A stretch of 64,000 bases of DNA from a bacterium (lineage in GTDB: Bacteria; Zhuqueibacterota; Zhuqueibacteria; Residuimicrobiales; Krinioviventaceae): assembly GCA_963675755.2 (NCBI GenBank), contig CAXXMD010000003.1, positions 2,400,001-2,464,000 on the forward strand. The letters are read 5' to 3'. The notes below the pieces were generated by a model, which was not told the origin of the DNA, did not search any database, and saw only the letters and a list, made by a program, of their open reading frames with translations. The first letter of the stretch is position 1; each line of letters begins with the position of its first letter. Below, one piece after another: positions 30,419 to 38,745 of the stretch. Position numbers and translations under genes: made by a program.

Positions 30419-30447
30419 ATGATACTAAATTTATAATAACTTGTCAA
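30419..30447 (-). promoter_or_regulatory. Sigma70 promoter of the blaI operon
   Basis: Minus strand TTGACA-N17-TATCAT. Confidence 0.75.
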
Positions 30448-30627
30448 GTGTTTTTTCAAGTTAGTAACTTTTTTTACTCTATCAGGAATTCTTTACCTTT
30501 TCACTTTTCTCTCAAACTGCGATTACAAATATGTAATTAGATTTTTAGGGTTTTTTGTGTAACTGTATAAAAAACAGAGTCTGCTTTTTGCATTGCTTTT
30601 ATATTTTGAAAATGTTTGATTACATTT

Positions 30628-30643
30628 TTGGCATTAAATTTGA
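30628..30643 (+). promoter_or_regulatory. Sigma54-like promoter (-24 GG / -12 GA variant)
   Basis: TTGGCATTAAATTTGA; same motif conserved upstream of the paralog. Confidence 0.55.
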
Positions 30644-30946
30644 TTAGAGTGATGACGAATAAATTATAGCAACATTCAAGTATGGATCTGTTCAGTGATG
30701 ATTGTTGCTTCAAATAAAAAAAATGCCATTCATCTGATGGTGTGAAATGGGAAGTATATGGGAGTTTTCAATTGATGTGTTTAATAAGGCAACCTGTAAT
30801 AAAATCAAATAATCTATTATTCATTAAAAACAAAACTAACATCTTTATAAAATATCCGCATTAATGGTTTAACTAAATGCAATGGATATTGGTGTATCTT
30901 GATGTAAAAGTAATTTGTAAATCAACAACTAACCGAGGAGGATTCT

Positions 30947-33900
30947 GTGAAGTCTGACAGAAAACGTTACAATTTTTTAAACCTTTGGACTTTTTTTCTG
31001 ATCATATTAATGGTCAGCGGATTTGTTCAAACACCTGCCATTGCGCAGGATAATGTAGACGGTGATGGTGGTTTTGTTCCGTCAGGAAGCATCGAGTTTA
31101 TGGGCTCGTCTGTTTCCACCAAAGATTACCGAATGACCCCTGCTGATAATGGGCTGCCAAAAACTGAAGGCGCAACCTATATGCAGGACACGGACAATGA
31201 AAATAACAGTCTCACCGGAACAGCGGACGGTGATGTGGATGCAGCTTCAATGTATAAAACTGATTCTTTGCATCCTATTGAATTTAATATTTTTATGACC
31301 GGTGCTTTGCCCACTGAAAGTGCAGTCCTGTCTATTTATGGCTGGGATGTGGATGAAGAATCCGGTGAAGTTAATGAAGTATATTTTAACGGCCATTTGG
31401 CAGGTACAATGACCGGTGCAAACCAGGTTTGGAATACAACAACTTTTGTACTTGATAAATCCTGGGTCAAATCCGGTAAGAATTTGGTGCAGTATTATAT
31501 TGATACGCAAACTTCAGGTGAATGGGCATCTGCTGTGGACTGGGGCCAGCTGGTTATTGACGGCGGTGTCAGGGGACAGGCAGACCTGGAAAAAATCGAA
31601 TATATTAGTGAATCTGTAGGCAGCACGAATGTAACCGTGAATGTCAATGCTCCTGTAGAGATTTTGGTGCCAGGTAATTTTAGAATTGAGCTCAATTTTA
31701 AAGATCCAAATGGTAATGTGATCACTTCTACTTCCCGAAATTTTACTGGCAATAGTGTGGGCGAGATTGTGAACCAGGCATATGCGCTTTCTTATCCTAA
31801 AAATGATCCGTCAGGAACCTATACAGTAGAAGCTATTGTGTTTGAAACCGACGGTAATACCCTGCAGGTGTTTAAAACCATGGAATTTGAACATACACAA
31901 AATACGGGTCCTGCCAGCGCACCTGAAATGATTGTTAAAGGTCAGGGTATTGAAATTGTCGACGGCAGCAGTTCAATTTCTACCGGTAACAACACTGATT
32001 TTGGCACGGTTGATACCGGCTCAAATAATGCACTGTTGTTTGCTATTGAAAATGAAGGTTCAGCAGATTTGGCGTTAAGCGGATCTCCACTGGTTGTTGT
32101 TGGCGGTACAAACGCATCAGAATTTACAGTTACCTCCATGCCAACCACACCCATTGCTTCCGGTGGCGGCAAGGTATATTTTGAAGTGACTTTTGCGCCC
32201 ACTGGTGGCGGCTCGCGCACAGCTACGCTTAGTATAGCAAACAATGATGATGATGAAAATCCATATAATTTTACAATTGGCGGAACAGGAAATGTTACTG
32301 CCATACCTGAAATTGATATCCGGGGCAATGGAATATCCATTTCCTCCGGTGATACCAGCCCCGATGCTGGTGATAACACGTTATTTGGCAGTACTGATAT
32401 TCAGGGTGGTACAATTAGCAAAACATTTGTTGTTCATAATACCGGTAATGCGTCATTGACTGTGAGCAGTGTTTCCCTGTCAGGTCCGAATGCAGGAGAA
32501 TTCAGTATTGAAACGGATCCCTCCGGAAGTATTGATGCGGGTAGTACCGCCAACCTTGTTGTGGAATTTGATCCTGCGACGGTAGGAACCAAAACTGCTC
32601 AGGTCACGGTTAACAATAACGATGGCGATGAAAGCAGTTATATTTTTACAATACGCGGAACTGGTGAAACCAATCCTGAAATTGCGGTAACCGGTAACGG
32701 CAACGCGGTTGATGACGGTTCCATTACTCCTTTGAGCACAAACAATACTCTGTTTGGTTCTTTTGATATTCAGGGTGAAAGTGATAGTAAAACCTATGTT
32801 GTTAATAACAGCGGTTCAGGAACATTGACCATCAGTAGTGTTACCTTGGGTGGCACAAATGCCGGTGATTTTAGTATTTCCACCAATCCCACCGGAACAA
32901 TAGCTTCAGGTGGAAATGCGAACCTGGTAATCAAGTTTGATCCTTTAGTCGCAGGCACCCGCAATGCAACTGTAACCATTGCAAGTGATGATGCTGATGA
33001 AAATCCCTATACCTTTGCAATTCAGGGTACAGGCGAAACGAACCCCGAAATTGACATGACCGGTGATGGAAATTCCATCGTTAGTGGCGATACCACTCCC
33101 TCAAGTACAGATGGAACCTTGTTCCCCACCATTGATGTGGATGCCAGTACTGCTACACGTACATTTGTAATAAACAATCCCGGTTCAGGTGTCCTGACGG
33201 TTAGCAGTGTAATAATTACAGGTAACCATGCCGATGATTTTAGTATAACTGTAGATCCTACTGGTGCCGTAGCTGCAGGATCTACAGCGGATTTGGGAAT
33301 TACATTCAATCCCTCAGCAGTTGGCGAACGCAATGCGACCGTATCCATCACTTCAGATGATGCGAATGAGGGAACATATACCTTTGCAATTCGTGGAACC
33401 GGTGAAGTGAATCCTGAAATTGCGGTTACCGGTAACAGTAACGCAATTGCAGATGGTTCTACCACACCTGCAAGCGAAAACAATACCTTGTTTGGCTCTT
33501 TGGACATTCAGGGCGGCAATGAAAGCAAAACCTATGTAATCAATAACAGTGGATCAGGAACATTGAATATCAGCAGTGTTACCCTGGGTGGCACAAATGC
33601 TGGTGATTTTAGTATTACCACAAATCCCACCGGAGCCGTAGCATCAGGTGGAAATGCAAATCTGGTAATCAAGTTTGATCCTTCAGCGGCAGGCACTCGC
33701 AATGCAACCGTTTCGATTGCAAGTGATGATGCTGATGAAAATCCATATACTTTTGCCATCCGTGGTACAGGTGAAACCAATCCTGAAATTGACATGACCG
33801 GTGATGGCAATCCCATTGTTAGTGGAGATACCACTCCCTCAAGTGCAGACGGAACCTTGTTCCCCACTATTGACGTGGATGACAGTACCTCTATTAAAAC

Positions 33901-36900
33901 ATTTGTTATTAATAATACCGGCTCTGGCGTTTTGAATGTTACCAATGTTCAAATTACTGGTGACAATGCCGGTGATTTTAGTGTAACAGTTGATCCTACT
34001 GGCACAGTAGCTGCCGGTTCAACCGCAGATTTGGAAATCACCTTTGATCCTTCAGCTGCTGGCGAACGCAATGCTACCGTAACTATTACAACCGATGACG
34101 CGAATGAAAGTACATATACTTTTGCAATTCGTGGTGGCGGTTATGTTACTTCTGTCGAGTTTACAATGACTACCAATTATCAGGATTCCCCAAGCGCACC
34201 CGGAGAGTCATTGGCATTGGGTTCTGCTGTAAATTGGACCTATATCGTAAAAAATACCGGTTCGGTTACGCTTACAGATATTCAGGTTGTTGACGATACC
34301 CTGGGTACTGTGGGTACCATAGCTTCACTTGCAGCAGGTGCAACCGATTCTTTGACCGCTTCTGGTAATGCAATCAGTGGTTTATATGCAGGCGGTGCTT
34401 CTTTTACTACCACTTTTAATGGCAAAGAGGTTGCCGGTTCTGATGCTTCTTATTATTCCGGTATTGTTTCCACAATTTCCGGTCTGGTCTGGCATGATAA
34501 AAATCGTGACGGTATTCAAGACGCAGGTGAAACCGGTATCGAGAATGTTAGTGTGAACATCTATGATGACGGCAGCAGTCTTGTCACATCTGATACCACA
34601 GACGCTGATGGTAACTATACCCTGACCGAACTGGAACCTGGTGATTACACGGTAGAATTTAACGACTTGACTGCTCATTTTGTATTCAGCCCCAAAGATC
34701 AGGGCGGCGATGATGCTAAAGACAGTGATGTAAATATAGAAACCGGAATAACCGATGTGGTAACCCTTGCAATGGGTGAGGTCCAAACCACCACAGACGC
34801 GGGTATTTATTATCCCGCAACCAAGGTAGCCGGATTTGTCTGGAACGATCTGAACCGTGACGGAAAACAACAGCACGAAGAACCGGGTGTAGAGAGTGTT
34901 GTTGTAACGCTGTATGACTCGCTGAATGTTGTTGTGGGTACATATGTACTTACCGACGCGGAAGGAAAATATGAATTTAATACATTGGATTTTGGTACGT
35001 ATTCGGTAGGTTTTGCAGATATTCCTGCCAACTTTGCCTTTACCACCAAAGATCTTGGTAATGAAGATGAAATCGATAGTGACGCGGACCACTTTACCGG
35101 AATTACAGATCCCTTTTTCATGCTTCCGGGCGACAGCTCGATGCATGTAGATGCCGGACTGATCGAGATGACCGGTGTAGTCAGCGGCTCTGTATTTATG
35201 GATGAAAATGGCAATGGTCAACAAGATGAAGAAGAAAGTGCTCTGGCTGGTAGCAAAGTACTATTAATGGGCGTAAGCACTGACAGTACATTCAGTAATG
35301 AGCAAGGCGGATACGAGTTTGCCGGCGTTCCCGCGGGCAGCTATAAAGTAACTGTGAAAAACGATTCCCTTGCTACATTCTATGCCACAACCACGGGCGG
35401 CGATACACTTTCCGTTGTTGTTGAAGAAGGTGGTAGTGTTACCAATGTAAACTTTGGTTATGAAAAAATATCAGGCTCTATTCAGGTTGTATTGTTTAAT
35501 GATGACAACCGTGATGGCTTGTTAAGCGACGGCGAAGCGTTGCTGCCTGATGTACAGGTGGTACTGGGTGATTTTACCGGTGCGGAACTGAACAGTTTGT
35601 CAACAGACGCAGACGGCAGTGTTGTCTTTCCGGATCTGGATTCAGGTGTATACCTGGTATCCATCAATACCAAAGATTCTGATCTTCCGGAAGCCTACTG
35701 GCCAACCGTAGCAGACAATCCTTTTTATGTAACACTGACACTTGAAGATCCTCAGGTGAGCACCCAGGTGGGTTTGAACACCATGAGCTCAAACGGTGGA
35801 ATTATTGGCGACTTTGTATGGCACGATTCAAACTGGAACCGAATTCCCGAAGGTGACGAAGAAAACCTGCCATACGTAATGATCTATCTGTACAGACTGA
35901 TCAATCCCTCAAGCGCGCGAGTAGGTCTTGACGGTAATATTATTCAGGAAAAAGTACTGGTAGATAGTGTACGCACCAACTATTTTGGTAATTATTACTT
36001 TACGGATGTAGAACCCGGCGAGTATTTTGTAAAAGCGCATGAGATCCAGTATACGCAGGATAAAGAATGGATGATCACATCCCGTGACTCTATGTATGTA
36101 GAGATCGGCGGTACAGATGTGAAACTGGACGCGGACTTTGGTTTTGCCGAAGAAAGCGAAGCGGAAACCGGAACCATCAAAGGCTTTGTATTTAACGATC
36201 TGGATTCAGACAGAGCATACACAGATGGCGAACCGGGCCTTGCCGGAATCAGCGTGGAATTGTATAAAAAGAAAACACTGGTGGAAAGCGCGGTAACTGA
36301 CGGAGACGGCAACGTAACCTTTAGTGATGTATTCCCCGGTGATTATAAATTAAGTGTAGACGGTGAATCTCTGCCATTGAATTACGCGGTAACCACCAAC
36401 AATGATCCTGAAGCACTGTTCCTTGCAGGCTCCAGCGAATATGTTGGTCAGGGCTTTGGCGTGGCAGAAGAAGCTGACTGGGGCAAAACCCCGAACCGTA
36501 TCATTGCGGCATACCAGAGTGGATATGACGCGGATGGCCGTTACTGGTCACAAGACAATCTTGGCGGCACAGCTGACACCAGCTTAGTAGGCCAGTACAG
36601 CAGTGACGATGTAGATGTAATGGACTATCACATCCTTCAAGCCTGGGCTAGCGGTATTGACGGCTTTGCAGTGAACTGGTACGGCTGGTACTCGTGGGAA
36701 AATCAAGGCGTAAAATCTCTGCTTGACCGCGCGGAACTGTTGAATGAAGCATATGGCGACAAGGGATTCCATTTTGAGATCGCTGCCGCTATGAATGAAA
36801 ACGCAAACGGTACACTGGATTCTAACCTGACCTATATCGCAGATTCTCTGCTTGCTCACAAAGCATATTGGGGAACCGAGCGTGCGGTAAAACGTCCGGT

Positions 36901-38233
36901 ATTCATCAACAACCAGGAAGAAGCTCTGCTGCTTCCACAGGCAATCAAGGCCTGCGCGGATACCACCATGCCTATGGATATTATGCTGGTATTTAACGGT
37001 GCTTATGATGATTCCGTAGAATATATGGATGTTATGTATCCGTCATTGCAAACGGACCGTTATCCCTGGATGACCGGTGCACAGTTTGACGAAGCCTTTT
37101 TGGATACAGTTTATACACGCCTGGGCCAGATGGAACAGGCAGACCGCTCCGCCTTTACCGTGGGTGGTGTATGGCCGGGTTACGATGATCGTAACTGGGT
37201 AGAAGGACAGAACCAGTATGTAGATGCAGCGGACACTACCGTGTTTGGCGCAAGCTGGCGCAAGATCCTTGAATATGAAGAACAATACTCGATCCCCTGG
37301 ACCATGGTACAGTCATGGAACGATTACAATCGCGGCACAGCCATTGAACCGGGATTCGGATACAACTATAACTATAATGTATTGACCCGTGATTACGCGC
37401 GTCTTTACAAAGATCCTCTGGTACCTGTAGATTCTGTAGGTGTTGCAGATATGGGTATGTTGGTACCGAGATACATTTACATGGCCAGACTGGCCGCCAA
37501 GGTACATCCTGAAAACGCTTCTGCAATTGAGACACAGGTTGCCCAGGCATACAGCCAGTTCTTTGACCGTGATTATGAAACCGCCATAACCACCGCAAAC
37601 CAGGCAGCGGGCCTGGTACCGCCGGCAAATATTGACGCGGTTGTGGAAAACACCAGCATCACAGTAAGCTGGGACGCGGTAGCAACTGCAAATACCTATT
37701 ACGTACATGTCAGCAAAGACAGCGCAAGTTATATTCCCTGTGCTTTTGAAACCGCAGACATGATCAACGCGGGTAATGTAACCAGTTTTACGTTGAGTGA
37801 ACTTGAACCCAACACAAAGTACTATATCGCTGTAACCTCAGGCGACAGTACCCTGGGTCGGTTCATGGACAGCTGGTACCAGCATGCAGGCGGCGATGCC
37901 AGCATAACCTCCGCGACCACCGGTGAAGAAATTACAACCGGCATCGCAGATGGTGAGAACGCATTGCCAAAATCCTTTGCGCTGGACCAGAACTATCCCA
38001 ATCCGTTCAACCCGAGAACGACCATCCAGTATGCTTTGCCCAAGAAACAGCATGTTTCCATCAAGCTGTATAACACTCTGGGACAGCAGGTGATGACACT
38101 GGTGGATCACGAACACAGTGCGGGATATTACAACGTACAACTAGACGGTTCCAGTTTGGGAAGCGGCATCTATTTCTATCGCATTATCAGCGAAGACTTT
38201 ACCGCCACCCGCAAGCTGTTACTTGTAAAATAG
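30947..38233 (+). CDS. Giant secreted adhesin-like protein, paralog 1: N-terminal beta-sandwich, 6 choice-of-anchor-D Ig repeats, DUF11-like domain, 6 SdrD-B repeats, GH99-like domain, FN3, T9SS-like CTD
   Basis: GAGGAGG RBS + GTG; signal peptide; PEI.V.GNG...F.P...G...A...I.NDD.DE.PY.F repeats; G.VW.D.N.DG repeats; GIDGFAVNWYG / WPGYDD / SWNDYNRGTAIEP; LDQNYPNPFNP...GIYFYRI...RKLLLVK. Confidence 0.9.
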   Translation: MKSDRKRYNFLNLWTFFLIILMVSGFVQTPAIAQDNVDGDGGFVPSGSIEFMGSSVSTKDYRMTPADNGLPKTEGATYMQDTDNENNSLTGTADGDVDAASMYKTDSLHPIEFNIFMTGALPTESAVLSIYGWDVDEESGEVNEVYFNGHLAGTMTGANQVWNTTTFVLDKSWVKSGKNLVQYYIDTQTSGEWASAVDWGQLVIDGGVRGQADLEKIEYISESVGSTNVTVNVNAPVEILVPGNFRIELNFKDPNGNVITSTSRNFTGNSVGEIVNQAYALSYPKNDPSGTYTVEAIVFETDGNTLQVFKTMEFEHTQNTGPASAPEMIVKGQGIEIVDGSSSISTGNNTDFGTVDTGSNNALLFAIENEGSADLALSGSPLVVVGGTNASEFTVTSMPTTPIASGGGKVYFEVTFAPTGGGSRTATLSIANNDDDENPYNFTIGGTGNVTAIPEIDIRGNGISISSGDTSPDAGDNTLFGSTDIQGGTISKTFVVHNTGNASLTVSSVSLSGPNAGEFSIETDPSGSIDAGSTANLVVEFDPATVGTKTAQVTVNNNDGDESSYIFTIRGTGETNPEIAVTGNGNAVDDGSITPLSTNNTLFGSFDIQGESDSKTYVVNNSGSGTLTISSVTLGGTNAGDFSISTNPTGTIASGGNANLVIKFDPLVAGTRNATVTIASDDADENPYTFAIQGTGETNPEIDMTGDGNSIVSGDTTPSSTDGTLFPTIDVDASTATRTFVINNPGSGVLTVSSVIITGNHADDFSITVDPTGAVAAGSTADLGITFNPSAVGERNATVSITSDDANEGTYTFAIRGTGEVNPEIAVTGNSNAIADGSTTPASENNTLFGSLDIQGGNESKTYVINNSGSGTLNISSVTLGGTNAGDFSITTNPTGAVASGGNANLVIKFDPSAAGTRNATVSIASDDADENPYTFAIRGTGETNPEIDMTGDGNPIVSGDTTPSSADGTLFPTIDVDDSTSIKTFVINNTGSGVLNVTNVQITGDNAGDFSVTVDPTGTVAAGSTADLEITFDPSAAGERNATVTITTDDANESTYTFAIRGGGYVTSVEFTMTTNYQDSPSAPGESLALGSAVNWTYIVKNTGSVTLTDIQVVDDTLGTVGTIASLAAGATDSLTASGNAISGLYAGGASFTTTFNGKEVAGSDASYYSGIVSTISGLVWHDKNRDGIQDAGETGIENVSVNIYDDGSSLVTSDTTDADGNYTLTELEPGDYTVEFNDLTAHFVFSPKDQGGDDAKDSDVNIETGITDVVTLAMGEVQTTTDAGIYYPATKVAGFVWNDLNRDGKQQHEEPGVESVVVTLYDSLNVVVGTYVLTDAEGKYEFNTLDFGTYSVGFADIPANFAFTTKDLGNEDEIDSDADHFTGITDPFFMLPGDSSMHVDAGLIEMTGVVSGSVFMDENGNGQQDEEESALAGSKVLLMGVSTDSTFSNEQGGYEFAGVPAGSYKVTVKNDSLATFYATTTGGDTLSVVVEEGGSVTNVNFGYEKISGSIQVVLFNDDNRDGLLSDGEALLPDVQVVLGDFTGAELNSLSTDADGSVVFPDLDSGVYLVSINTKDSDLPEAYWPTVADNPFYVTLTLEDPQVSTQVGLNTMSSNGGIIGDFVWHDSNWNRIPEGDEENLPYVMIYLYRLINPSSARVGLDGNIIQEKVLVDSVRTNYFGNYYFTDVEPGEYFVKAHEIQYTQDKEWMITSRDSMYVEIGGTDVKLDADFGFAEESEAETGTIKGFVFNDLDSDRAYTDGEPGLAGISVELYKKKTLVESAVTDGDGNVTFSDVFPGDYKLSVDGESLPLNYAVTTNNDPEALFLAGSSEYVGQGFGVAEEADWGKTPNRIIAAYQSGYDADGRYWSQDNLGGTADTSLVGQYSSDDVDVMDYHILQAWASGIDGFAVNWYGWYSWENQGVKSLLDRAELLNEAYGDKGFHFEIAAAMNENANGTLDSNLTYIADSLLAHKAYWGTERAVKRPVFINNQEEALLLPQAIKACADTTMPMDIMLVFNGAYDDSVEYMDVMYPSLQTDRYPWMTGAQFDEAFLDTVYTRLGQMEQADRSAFTVGGVWPGYDDRNWVEGQNQYVDAADTTVFGASWRKILEYEEQYSIPWTMVQSWNDYNRGTAIEPGFGYNYNYNVLTRDYARLYKDPLVPVDSVGVADMGMLVPRYIYMARLAAKVHPENASAIETQVAQAYSQFFDRDYETAITTANQAAGLVPPANIDAVVENTSITVSWDAVATANTYYVHVSKDSASYIPCAFETADMINAGNVTSFTLSELEPNTKYYIAVTSGDSTLGRFMDSWYQHAGGDASITSATTGEEITTGIADGENALPKSFALDQNYPNPFNPRTTIQYALPKKQHVSIKLYNTLGQQVMTLVDHEHSAGYYNVQLDGSSLGSGIYFYRIISEDFTATRKLLLVK
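32672..34147 (+). repeat. Internal tandem duplication of a two-Ig-domain unit (738 bp, 2 copies)
   Basis: NPEIAVTGN at 32672 and 33410; NPEIDMTGDG at 33041 and 33779; both pairs offset by 738 bp. Confidence 0.85.
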
Positions 38234-38267
38234 AGACCCATTTACCACCTCATATAATAAAGCCCTT
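34491..38267 (+). repeat. 3.8-kb near-identical repeat, copy 1 (copy 2 at 40823-44599)
   Basis: Constant 6332-bp offset at the start, middle and stop codon; identity continues into the 3' UTR. Confidence 0.92.
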
Positions 38268-38299
38268 GGTTGGATTCAGCCAAGGGCTTTATTTTTTTT
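38256..38299 (+). terminator. Rho-independent terminator
   Basis: AATAAAGCCCTTGGTTG-gatt-CAGCCAAGGGCTTTATT followed by a T run. Confidence 0.88.
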
Positions 38300-38451
38300 C
38301 TCCAAAAGGGGAAAAATTACCCAAATTTTGTTTTCATAAAAATTTTTTTGTTTTTAATGCTTTTGTTTTTTTTGTGTATACCACCTAAGTTCTTAAAAAA
38401 CAATTTTAATTTTTAATAATTTTAACTGGTATTGAACTGGATTTTGTGTTT

Positions 38452-38467
38452 TTGGCATTGATTTTGA
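38452..38467 (+). promoter_or_regulatory. Sigma54-like promoter (-24 GG / -12 GA variant)
   Basis: TTGGCATTGATTTTGA, matching 30628-30643. Confidence 0.55.
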
Positions 38468-38745
38468 AAACAATATTACATCAAAAATTAGCAACATTCA
38501 GTTAAAACCACCCCCGGGATGAATGTTGTTTCTAAAATATTATTTGCCAAACTATAGTAGTATGATACGGGAGAGAAAGATACGATGAGCTTGAAAAGGC
38601 AACCTGCAGTAATTTTAATAAATTCATTTATAAACAAAATCTAAACAACTTTGCAAAAATATGATGCGTTTGGTGTAATCTGGATGCTATAGATATTTTT
38701 GTGATTACTTGTTTTTTTAATTAATACTTAACCGAGGAGGGTTCT

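Noticed and set aside
30660-30800. Known c-di-GMP-I/II riboswitch in the adhesin leaders
   Set aside because: Lacks the GGCAAAC...GAAA...GGGACGCAAAG core of class I and the pseudoknot motifs of class II; kept only as an unknown structured leader.
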